DNA of 64,000 nucleotides from Gemmatimonadota bacterium (GTDB lineage Bacteria > Gemmatimonadota > Gemmatimonadetes > Palauibacterales > KS3-K002): the NCBI GenBank assembly GCA_039586795.1, contig JBDHJS010000003.1, positions 64,001 through 128,000 on the forward strand, written 5' to 3'. The notes under the pieces are model-generated. The model made no database searches, had not been told where the DNA came from, and worked only from the letters and a program-made list of their open reading frames with translations. The translations under genes and the position numbers were made by a program. Each line of letters begins with the position of its first letter. The first letter of the stretch is position 1. Of the stretch, positions 46,987-55,456 are shown one piece after another.

Positions 46987-47938
46987 CACTGCTCCTCTCC
47001 CGAACCACCGGGAGCGCCCCGGACTCCTCGCCACGCGCCTCACGTAAGGCACCCTCGGCGATCAATCCGAGCATCAACAAGTAGAAGGCCAGACCGAGCC
47101 AAAGCAGCGCCGCGCCCGGAAGCACGAGCGCATTCGCTTTCACAGCTCGGAACGTTGTTAGGGCTATGATGGCTGCGACCGCGAATGCCAGGCCCATCGT
47201 CGCCGAGCCGAGCGCGCCGACGCCAAACAGGGCCAGCGGCCGTTCCCGGAACGAGCGGATCATCTTGATCGTCAAGAGATCCGCCAGGACCTTCCCGATC
47301 CGCGACAGGCCATACTTGCTCGTCCCGTAACGACGCGGGAAGTGGCGCACCGGGATCTCGGCAATACGTGCACCGCCGGTGGCGGCCGCGACCGCAGGGA
47401 TGAACCGGTGCATGTCCGAGTACAGATGGAGCCGATCCAGCAGCTCGCGTCGGTACGCTTTCAGCGAGCAACCGTTATCGCGAATCGGCACACCCGTGAT
47501 CCAGCCGATGATCCGGTTGGCCACCCAGGAAGGCACCTTGCGCGTGATGAACTTGTCCTTCCGGCGCTCCCGGTAGCCCGCCACGAGATCGTAGCCCTCT
47601 TCGATCTTCTCCAAGAACCGGGGAATGTCCTCCGGATCGTTCTGAAGGTCGCCGTCCATCGTGACGATGACCCGGCCCACCGCGTGGTCGAACCCGGCCT
47701 GCATCGCCGGGGTTTGACCGTAGTTGCGAGCCAGCCGCAGCAGCCGCAGCCGCTGATCCTGCTCGGCCAACCGAGTCACGATCTCCGGAGTCCGGTCACC
47801 GCTCCCATCATCCACGAGCAGGAGCTCCCAATCGTCCCCGTCGCCGAGCGCGGCTTTCACCGCGTCGACCAGGGGCCCAACGCTCTCCTCCTCGTTGAAG
47901 AGGGGCACGACAACCGAGAGGGGCAGTTCCCTAACCAT
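46973..47938 (-). CDS. Polyprenol-phosphate glycosyltransferase, ArnC/DPM1-like GT2
   Basis: PLFNEEE, VDDGSGD, RNYGQ, MDGDLQNDP, HRFIP, SKYG, two C-terminal TMs. Confidence 0.9.
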   Translation of the reverse strand: MVRELPLSVVVPLFNEEESVGPLVDAVKAALGDGDDWELLLVDDGSGDRTPEIVTRLAEQDQRLRLLRLARNYGQTPAMQAGFDHAVGRVIVTMDGDLQNDPEDIPRFLEKIEEGYDLVAGYRERRKDKFITRKVPSWVANRIIGWITGVPIRDNGCSLKAYRRELLDRLHLYSDMHRFIPAVAAATGGARIAEIPVRHFPRRYGTSKYGLSRIGKVLADLLTIKMIRSFRERPLALFGVGALGSATMGLAFAVAAIIALTTFRAVKANALVLPGAALLWLGLAFYLLMLGLIAEGALREARGEESGALPVVRERSSDEDS

Positions 47939-48205
47939 AGCGAACCGAGCTAGGGCAACGGATATGCCGCTTTTTGGGGACTGGATGCCAGATAACTAGT
48001 GCCTCCCGGGCCTGGCGTCGTGGGATCGGTGCAACAGAGCTCCCGATCCCCGCACCCCGCCTCGCTGCGAAAACCAACTATTGTAAAGGGTTCCGAGCGC
48101 CACGAGCCGGTTTTGCCGACCCGGTGTCCGCCACCATGAGATGGCACGACATCGAGGCGCCAACCATCACCGCTCTGGAGGCGATGGACCCCCGTGTGCA
48201 GAGCC

Positions 48206-49402
48206 TCAGCTCGAATAGCTGTTGAGCAAGTGCAACACTTTCTCGACCTCCACTTCCGAGGCCAGAGAATGCGTGGGTACCGTGATGAGCGTTCGGGCCA
48301 GCTCCTCCGCCCCGGGCCAACCACCGGAGGCCCCCCGTAGACGGGCTCCCAGCTGCGGGAGCGCAGCCAGAGTCGTTGGATAGGCGGGAGCGATGCCCAG
48401 CCGCGCCGCATCTCCGGGAGCGTGGAAGCCGGCCATCCCTTCTTGCAGCCGAAGCGGAAGACGCAGATAGCCAGGTGAAGCGTCTTCGGCGACCTGAATC
48501 GGCCGAACGGCGGGCCCGGTCAGTTCGCTCAGCATAGCTTCCGCCTTCTCGCGGCGGCGAGCGGCCTCGTCCCACGCGTCCGGCCAGGTACGCGAAAGGA
48601 TGGCGGCTGACGATCGGGGCAATGCCGCTATGGGCGTCGGCTCATGGTAGACCGTTTCGCCGAGTCCAAGAAACGGGAGCGATGCCGGAAGGTTGTAGAG
48701 GCTTGGCCGAGCGAGGGTCCACTGAGCGACCCCACCGAGGATCACTCGGACCTCGCTGCTAAGACCCCCCGTCGACGTCGGCGCTTCCGGCGCCGCGGCA
48801 ACCTCTTCTCTTAGGAGCAACGCACCGCCTCGTACACCCGTCCAGCCTTTACCACGTCCGAAACTCAACACGCTGAGCTCGCCGAGCGAGCCCAGAGGTT
48901 TTGAACGCCACGCGGCCCCATGACCCTGGGCCGCATCCTCGATGGCGATGGCAGAGTAGGACGACGTGATCTTCTCAACAGCGTCCCAGTCTACCGGAAT
49001 TCCGTAAAGCGGGCTGATGACCACGATCCGCGCGCCATCATCGAGTACGCCGCGCAGCGAATCGAAGTCTGGCGCTAGCGTGTCAGGATCGATGTCGTAG
49101 AGCGCGACGCTCTCGCCGTATGCAACGGCCGCCGTCGCAACGTCGAAGCAAGTGAACGCGGGCAAAGCGACGGTCGCCGATCCACCCAACCTCTGACCGG
49201 CGGCTTGCAGCGACAGATGAAGTGCCTGGGTGCCACTTCCGCAAAGGATTAGCTGATCGGCGTCGTATTCCCGAGCGAGCTTGTCACGTAGCGTCGATCG
49301 CGAGTCCCGGCTAACACGCGCCGCCTGCAGCGCACCGGCCCAAGACGCGCGCAGCGAAAGGGGTGAGTGGACCGGCGGAATACGTCGCGGGAAGAAGCTC
49401 AT
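48206..49402 (-). CDS. DegT/DnrJ-family PLP-dependent aminotransferase-like protein
   Basis: SGTQAL, IEDAAQ, SFGRGKG (PLP Lys), GGAL. Confidence 0.8.
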   Translation of the reverse strand: MSFFPRRIPPVHSPLSLRASWAGALQAARVSRDSRSTLRDKLAREYDADQLILCGSGTQALHLSLQAAGQRLGGSATVALPAFTCFDVATAAVAYGESVALYDIDPDTLAPDFDSLRGVLDDGARIVVISPLYGIPVDWDAVEKITSSYSAIAIEDAAQGHGAAWRSKPLGSLGELSVLSFGRGKGWTGVRGGALLLREEVAAAPEAPTSTGGLSSEVRVILGGVAQWTLARPSLYNLPASLPFLGLGETVYHEPTPIAALPRSSAAILSRTWPDAWDEAARRREKAEAMLSELTGPAVRPIQVAEDASPGYLRLPLRLQEGMAGFHAPGDAARLGIAPAYPTTLAALPQLGARLRGASGGWPGAEELARTLITVPTHSLASEVEVEKVLHLLNSYSS

Positions 49403-49403
49403 C

Positions 49404-50450
49404 TCATGGGATGTTGCGTGACAAGAAGGGGCCTATCCTGTTGGCCAGCCCCAGTGGCAAACGGCTCCACGCCGCGGTAGCGGCTCTGAAGATGGGCCGA
49501 TCGGGTGATGGCGTCGCCGAGACTCCACTGGGTGACCATTGCGCCCAAGAGAGTTGGGCGTCGTTCCCGCCCCACTGTCTCTTGAATCGGTGCGTGCCGC
49601 TGTCTGGCGAGCAGCGACCGAAATTGAAGACCTTCAGACCGCGGGCGATCATCTGCTGCATGAACGTCCAGTACAGGAGCATGTTCGGCGCCATCCGATT
49701 GTGTTCGCGGAGCGATGACGCCCAGGTCATCTCGAACTCGTCGCGCCAGATGAACCCCGCCGCCGCGGCCACCGGCTGTTCACGCCAGTACACTGCGCCA
49801 AACACAGCGCGTTCGGCCAGGACGCTCGCAATACGCTCAAAGAAAGATAGCGGCAGGACTGGCGTGCCAAGGTCCCGCATGTTCCGAGTGAACACCGAGT
49901 AGAAAGCCTCGACCTGATCCAGGCCAAAGCGGCCCTCCATATTCTCCTTGATCGGCCTGCGAATCTGGCTGCGAAGTTTGGCCGGAAAGACCTCTTTCCA
50001 GAGTACTTCCTCGTCGGGAGGTAAGTCGAGCAACACGGTAATCTTCCTCTCCGACAGCGAAAGATCCGTCTCTACCGGATGCCGAGTACGCAGCTCGACC
50101 AGATCCACGCCCACTCGTTTCGCCGCCTCGACGGCATGCTCGGCAAGGCGCGATTGAGCCGCTGGCGACCCGATGGGTCCGCCGTAATTGAGGAACGGCA
50201 TTGACACCAGATAGTCGCCGAAGATCCTGCTCTTGACCCGCACCAGCGGAAGCGCGCCGACGATCGTGCCGTCACGATCTTGTGCGGTGTACAGGAGGCT
50301 CTCGTGACCGAGAGCATCCGCCATGACTTCGCGCCAGCCGATGAGGTGGCAAAACGTTCCGTGATCCGAGGTCGCCACGAAATCATCCCACTCGGCCGCC
50401 TCGCCCTCGAACGACCTGATCTCCAGCTCCTCGGTAGCACGATCGGTCAT
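49404..50450 (-). CDS. FemAB-related protein of the type associated with PEP-CTERM/XrtA EPS loci
   Basis: SMPFLNYGG, KLRSQIRR, NMRDLGTP, PNMLLYW, FNFGR, FKRQWG. Confidence 0.88.
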   Translation of the reverse strand: MTDRATEELEIRSFEGEAAEWDDFVATSDHGTFCHLIGWREVMADALGHESLLYTAQDRDGTIVGALPLVRVKSRIFGDYLVSMPFLNYGGPIGSPAAQSRLAEHAVEAAKRVGVDLVELRTRHPVETDLSLSERKITVLLDLPPDEEVLWKEVFPAKLRSQIRRPIKENMEGRFGLDQVEAFYSVFTRNMRDLGTPVLPLSFFERIASVLAERAVFGAVYWREQPVAAAAGFIWRDEFEMTWASSLREHNRMAPNMLLYWTFMQQMIARGLKVFNFGRCSPDSGTHRFKRQWGGNDAQLSWAQWSPSGVSATPSPDRPIFRAATAAWSRLPLGLANRIGPFLSRNIP

Positions 50451-51274
50451 AGTGATGCCACGGTGTCCGCTATGGGCCGAAAAGAGAACTCGCCAAGGAA
50501 GCGGCGCAAGCGCTTCGCGGTGCGCCCCAGCCCGCCATAATGCCTGAGCCGCGTGAGCAACGACACATCGAGCCGCGGCTGGTTCGGGTCGATCTCCCAG
50601 GGGTGTATGTAGAAGGTCGCCGGGTGTCCGCGCTGCGCGCTGCTACGGGCAGCGGCGCGGGCCAGCGAGTACGGCAGCAAGCGAAAGTAGGCACCTCCGC
50701 CCGCCGGGAGGTTGAGCTTCCCGACCCGCACTGTCGCCGGCGGCATCTCCGCGATCCTTCCAACGTCTCGTTCGATCCAGTGTGGATCCCGTCGGCCAGC
50801 CGGGTAACCGTAACCCGGACGTGACACCGGGAAGAGGCTCGAATCGTAAGCGTGGCCCTCCTCGATAAGCACATCCAGTGCCCACTCGCAGCCGGGCGTG
50901 ATGGAGAACGAGGGCGCTCGGAATCCTCGCACGGGTTCGCCGGTCAATTCCTCCAGCAACTCCTTTGTGCGTTTCACGGAGTCCCGAAAATCATCCCGGC
51001 TTTGTCGCCCGACGAGGCGATGGTCCCAGCCGTGTGATGCGACCTCGTGTCCGGCCGCTGCAATGCTGCGGACCATTTCCGGGTGCTTTTCGGCGACCCA
51101 GCCAAGGACAAAGAACGTGGCGCCGGCATCGTGCTCTGCAAACATCTCGAGGAGTTGGGAGACGCTGTTCACGACCCTGCTCTCGAAGTCATTCCAGCGC
51201 TTTCGACTGACGTGTGATTCGAAAGCCGAGACCTGGAAATACTCCTCAACGTCTACGCTGAAGTGATGAATCAT
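50447..51274 (-). CDS. Polysaccharide deacetylase, XrtA/PEP-CTERM-locus subfamily
   Basis: SVDVEEYFQV, ATFFVLGWVAE, SHGWDH, FRAPSFS, GGGAYFR, YIHPWEIDP. Confidence 0.9.
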   Translation of the reverse strand: MIHHFSVDVEEYFQVSAFESHVSRKRWNDFESRVVNSVSQLLEMFAEHDAGATFFVLGWVAEKHPEMVRSIAAAGHEVASHGWDHRLVGRQSRDDFRDSVKRTKELLEELTGEPVRGFRAPSFSITPGCEWALDVLIEEGHAYDSSLFPVSRPGYGYPAGRRDPHWIERDVGRIAEMPPATVRVGKLNLPAGGGAYFRLLPYSLARAAARSSAQRGHPATFYIHPWEIDPNQPRLDVSLLTRLRHYGGLGRTAKRLRRFLGEFSFRPIADTVASL

Positions 51275-51349
51275 CCGTTCTCAAGTTTCCGGTTTCGCCA
51301 CTGGGGACAGGCGATTGGGATCATGACCATTCAGCCACCGAAAGCGGTT

Positions 51350-51365
51350 CGCAATGTACGTGCCT
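51350..51365 (-). promoter_or_regulatory. Sigma54 promoter for deacetylase-FemAB-DegT operon
   Basis: AGGCACGTACATTGCG, near-consensus. Confidence 0.75.
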
Positions 51366-51492
51366 CTGTGAACAACCCCTTGCAATATCTTCCACTTGTG
51401 ATAGACTTTGCACTCTGCGACGCTAGGTCTGGCCGGGCCTTTCGTCGTCTAACCCCACAAATGTCGGATACTTGTAGCGCGTAGCCATCGAT

Positions 51493-51508
51493 GGGTGTGC
51501 CTCTTGCT
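51493..51508 (+). promoter_or_regulatory. Sigma54 promoter for FN3 lipoprotein operon
   Basis: GGGTGTGCCTCTTGCT, GG-N10-GC; shares TGCCTCTTGCTA with the 57984 site. Confidence 0.55.
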
Positions 51509-51606
51509 ATGAGGCTCTCCTGATCGAGACACGCGGTGTTGTCTATTGTGCGTATATGTCGTCCCCCGCCAATACGACTGTTGCATAGTTCACGGAGTGT
51601 GGAATC

Positions 51607-51999
51607 GTGTTTCTAGCCCGCCAGTACTTACCCATCGCGCTCATCGGCCTGGTAGCGGTAGCACTAACCAGCTGCGAGGCGCTCGCGCCGATAACCCAGC
51701 CCGAGGAAGAAGATCCGGGAGAAACGCCGCCCAACAGCGTCAGTCTCTCCTGGCAAGCGCCGACGCTGAACGCCGACGGCACGCCCCTCGGCGACCTCGC
51801 GAGCTTCAACATCTACTATGGTTCGGTATCGCCGCTTAGCGACGCGACCGCCACCGTCGTAAATGTTGGCAATGTAACGACATACACTGTCCGCGACCTA
51901 CAGCCTGGCGTTTACTACTTCGCCGTCTCCGCAGTGGACCAGAACGGTAACGCAAGTTCGCTGTCCGACGAAGTCAGAACGGAGATATCGGCCCAATGA
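51607..51999 (+). CDS. Small fibronectin type III lipoprotein
   Basis: Lipobox LTSC; VSLSW..P, YYG, L.PG.YYFAVSAVD.NGN.S. Confidence 0.85.
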   Translation: MFLARQYLPIALIGLVAVALTSCEALAPITQPEEEDPGETPPNSVSLSWQAPTLNADGTPLGDLASFNIYYGSVSPLSDATATVVNVGNVTTYTVRDLQPGVYYFAVSAVDQNGNASSLSDEVRTEISAQ

Positions 52000-54125
52000 A
52001 CGCGCGAATATCGGCCATCGGCCTCGGATTGTTGATCGCCTTCGCCGTCACGGTACAGCCGATCCAGGCGCAGTCTGGAGGCCAGGCGATCACCGGAATA
52101 ACGTTTGACTGGGGTACGTACATAAACACCGCATCCGGGTCGGACAACTGGCCGCTCGCCTGGTGCGAGGACGGCCATCAGTACACCAGCTGGGGAGACG
52201 GCGGCGGCTTCGGCGGCACGAACTCCGATGGTCGCGTTTCTCTCGGCTTCGGCCGCATCGAGGGGGATTACCCCAACTTCACCGGCTATAACGTGTGGGG
52301 CGGCAAGAACCCGGAAAGCAACGACCCGTTGTTCTCCGGTAAGGTCGTCTCGATGATCTGCATGAACGGTAACCTCTACGCCTGGCGGAGCTCGGGCAGC
52401 AACTACTCGGCTTTCAGGTGGAAGCAGATCATCCGGTCGACGGACAAGGGCCGAACCTGGAATGAAGACGAGTTCCCCGAGAGTCGGCTGGAAGGTGGTG
52501 TAGGCTTGCCGGGTCTGCCTTACTTCCTCGACTACGGTCAGAACTACAGCGCCAACAGCGACGGATACGTCTATATCTACACGATCCGCATTGAGGACGA
52601 CAACAACTGGGAGGTACAGAAGCCCGGCGTGATCTGGCTGGCGCGTGCGCCGGCGGCCAACGAGGCGTTCATCGACCTGTCGAACTGGGAGTGGTATACG
52701 GGTGCCGGTCCGACGTGGGGTAGCGTCGATGATCGTGCGGCTGTGATTCAGGACAGCGATGGCTTCATGCGGAACAGCGCGATGTACGTTCCGGGCCTCA
52801 ATCGTTACGTCATGGTGGCTAACCACACGGCGCGCAACCAGGGGAACATCGTGATCTACGAGGCGCCCCAGCCGTGGGGCCCGTGGTCGGTCGTGATGAA
52901 GAAGGATGGCTGGCCGTCGGGTGAGACGAGTGTCGTGTCGCCGAGTTTCGCGTTCGGCAACTTCTCGCCCAAGTGGCTATCCACCGATGGACGCGACTGT
53001 GTGTTTGTCTGGTTCCGACCCGATGATTGGAACAGCGTCGAGTGCCGGTTCGAGATTGGTGGAACTACCGATGTAACACCGCCACCGACGCCGACCTCGC
53101 TCAGCGCCAGCGCCGGCGGAACGAGCACGGTGAACCTGTCGTGGAACGGGGTATCCGACCCAGAGAGCGGCATCAGTCGCTATATCGTCTACCGTGACGG
53201 TTCGCAGGTCGGCAGCCCCACCCAGACGAGCTACACGGACTCCGGCCTCAACGCTGGCACCAGCTACTCGTACCAGGTCTCCGCGGTCAACGGCGTCGGC
53301 CTCGAGGGTCCTAAGAGCCAGTCAGCGAGCGCGACAACCGATGACGCATCGGATACTTCGCCACCCACGGCGCCGAGTTCACTCAGCGCGAACGGCACCG
53401 GGAGAACGACGGCCAGCCTGACGTGGTCGGCTGCCAGCGATCCGGAGAGCGGGATCAGTCGATACGTCGTCTATCGCGATGGCTCAGAAGTCGGGAATCC
53501 CACGCAAACCAGTTTTAACGACACTGGTCTAACCGCCGGCACCACCTACACTTACGAAGTTTCTGCCATCAACGGTGTCGGCCTCGAAGGCCCGAAGAGC
53601 TCGTCAGCTGACGCCACGACGGCGCCGCCAAGCAGCGAAGGGCTGGTACAGAACATCTCCGTGGCGTCGGGGAAGGTGTATGTAGCCGTCGAAGACGCGT
53701 TCCAGGAGGCTTCGATACAGTACATCGACCGAACTCACACGTTCACTTCTGTTCCGACGGAGCTGGAGGGGGCGCTGTACATTCAGACCGCGAATGACGA
53801 CAAGAGCGAGAGCGCTGGATCGAGCAATTTCCTGTCCTTTGACATCACGTACGATGCTGTCGTCTACGTTGCGCACGACGATCGACTCGATCGTCCGACC
53901 TGGCTGAACTCAGGATTCGTTGACATCGGGCTCGACGTCGTTTCGTCGGACGACGGGACCATCTTCAGTCTATTTGCCAAGAGCTTCACCGCCGGCAGCG
54001 TGACGCTCGGCGCCAATGCTGACACGCCGCTTAGTCGGTCCAGCATGTATTCTGTCATTGTCGACAACTCCGGTCTCGACCTCATTCCACCGGCACCACC
54101 TCGGGGTCTTCGGGTCGGGAACTGA
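51996..54125 (+). CDS. Secreted multidomain protein: DUF4185-like propeller + 2 FN3 + shared C-terminal domain
   Basis: Signal peptide; SDNW..WGDGGGFG; EAPQPWGPW; two FN3 repeats (DPESGISRY.VYRDG); TANDDK domain. Confidence 0.8.
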   Translation: MNARISAIGLGLLIAFAVTVQPIQAQSGGQAITGITFDWGTYINTASGSDNWPLAWCEDGHQYTSWGDGGGFGGTNSDGRVSLGFGRIEGDYPNFTGYNVWGGKNPESNDPLFSGKVVSMICMNGNLYAWRSSGSNYSAFRWKQIIRSTDKGRTWNEDEFPESRLEGGVGLPGLPYFLDYGQNYSANSDGYVYIYTIRIEDDNNWEVQKPGVIWLARAPAANEAFIDLSNWEWYTGAGPTWGSVDDRAAVIQDSDGFMRNSAMYVPGLNRYVMVANHTARNQGNIVIYEAPQPWGPWSVVMKKDGWPSGETSVVSPSFAFGNFSPKWLSTDGRDCVFVWFRPDDWNSVECRFEIGGTTDVTPPPTPTSLSASAGGTSTVNLSWNGVSDPESGISRYIVYRDGSQVGSPTQTSYTDSGLNAGTSYSYQVSAVNGVGLEGPKSQSASATTDDASDTSPPTAPSSLSANGTGRTTASLTWSAASDPESGISRYVVYRDGSEVGNPTQTSFNDTGLTAGTTYTYEVSAINGVGLEGPKSSSADATTAPPSSEGLVQNISVASGKVYVAVEDAFQEASIQYIDRTHTFTSVPTELEGALYIQTANDDKSESAGSSNFLSFDITYDAVVYVAHDDRLDRPTWLNSGFVDIGLDVVSSDDGTIFSLFAKSFTAGSVTLGANADTPLSRSSMYSVIVDNSGLDLIPPAPPRGLRVGN

Positions 54126-55431
54126 GGTCGTCGAACCGAATCAGGCAGATCACTCAGAAACGCGCGAGGCGGGGATCCAGCGATCTCCGCCTCGCGTTCT
54201 ATTCTGGGTCTTCTCGACGCCTGACGTGAGACAGAGACTTGCAGAGCTTCTCGAGCGCGCGACATACTGTTGCCAATGACTGCTAGCGTGAGTCTTGTTG
54301 CCCGCTTTCGATCCAACACGTTACTGAATAGCGAGTGTTCAATTCTATGAGCAGTACGCGTTTGCTACGCCTCAACAGCGCTGCCGGCCTGACACTTCTA
54401 CTTGTCGCGGGCTGTGGTTCCATCGAACCGGGCAACGGGGACGACTCGACAGACCCTAACGCCTTCATCACTGGAGTCACATTCGACTGGACCACATACA
54501 AGGAAATGGCTGACGGGTCGGACAACTGGCCGCTCGCCTGGTGCGAGGACGGCCACCAGTACACCAGCTGGGGCGACGGCGGGGGCTTTGGCGGCACAAA
54601 CCAGGATGGCCGCGTCTCCCTTGGCTTCGGTCGCATCGAAGGGGACTACCCCAACTTCACCGGCTATAACGTGTGGGGCGGCAAGGACCCGGAGAGCAAC
54701 GACGCGCTTTTCTCCGGCAAGGTCGTCTCGATGATCTGCATGAACGGTAACCTCTACGCCTGGCGGAGCTCGGGTAGCAACAACTCAGCTCTGAAGTGGA
54801 AGCAGATCATCCGGTCGACGGACAAGGCCAGATCGTGGAGCGCGGACGAGTTCCCGGAGAGCCGGTTGGAAGGTGACGTGGGTCTCCCGGGTCTGCCCTA
54901 CTTCCTCGACTACGGTCAGAACTACAGCGCCAACAGCGACGGATACGTCTATATCTACACGATCCGCATCGAGACGACGGATACCTGGGAGGTGCAGAAG
55001 CCGGGCGTGATCTGGTTGGCACGCGCCCCGGCAGCCAACGAGGCGTTCATCGATCTGGCGAACTGGGAGTGGTACACGGGCGCCGGTCCCACGTGGGGCA
55101 GCATCGATGATCGGGCGGCCGTGATTCAGGACAGCGATGGGTTCATGCGGAACAGCGCAATGTACGTTCCCGGTCTCAATCGCTTCGTCATGGTGGCGAA
55201 CCACACGGCGCGCAACCAGGGCAACATCGTGATCTACGAGGCTCCGCAGCCGTGGGGTCCGTGGTCGGTGGTGATGAAGAAGAACGGTTGGCCGGCGGGT
55301 GAGACCAGCGTCGTGTCGGCGAGCTTCGCGTTCGGCAACTTCTCGCCCAAGTGGCTATCTGCGGATGGGCGTGACTGTGTTTTCGTCTGGTTCCGACCCG
55401 ACTCCTGGAACAGCGTCGAGTGCCGGTTCGA
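52089..55431 (+). repeat. 965-nt direct duplication (52089-53053 and 54467-55431)
   Basis: Equal-length, highly similar coding copies with long identical tracts. Confidence 0.9.
54163..54205 (+). terminator. Probable intrinsic terminator
   Basis: Stem CGCGAGGCGGGGATC/GATCTCCGCCTCGCG followed by TTCTATTCT. Confidence 0.6.
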
Positions 55432-55456
55432 AACCGCGGCGACCACCGTACAATGA
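54347..55456 (+). CDS. Lipoprotein carrying only the DUF4185-like propeller domain
   Basis: Lipobox VAGC; near-identical to the N-terminal domain of 51996-54125. Confidence 0.82.
   Translation: MSSTRLLRLNSAAGLTLLLVAGCGSIEPGNGDDSTDPNAFITGVTFDWTTYKEMADGSDNWPLAWCEDGHQYTSWGDGGGFGGTNQDGRVSLGFGRIEGDYPNFTGYNVWGGKDPESNDALFSGKVVSMICMNGNLYAWRSSGSNNSALKWKQIIRSTDKARSWSADEFPESRLEGDVGLPGLPYFLDYGQNYSANSDGYVYIYTIRIETTDTWEVQKPGVIWLARAPAANEAFIDLANWEWYTGAGPTWGSIDDRAAVIQDSDGFMRNSAMYVPGLNRFVMVANHTARNQGNIVIYEAPQPWGPWSVVMKKNGWPAGETSVVSASFAFGNFSPKWLSADGRDCVFVWFRPDSWNSVECRFETAATTVQ

Noticed and set aside
47950..48575. ORFs of 153 and 165 aa near the DegT-GT2 gap
   Set aside because: They overlap the DegT-like gene in other frames, are Arg/Pro/Gly-biased and have no motifs.
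51915..52826. 303-aa antisense ORF and many other shadow ORFs
   Set aside because: These are expected antisense frames of high-GC genes; the opposite strand has clear motifs.
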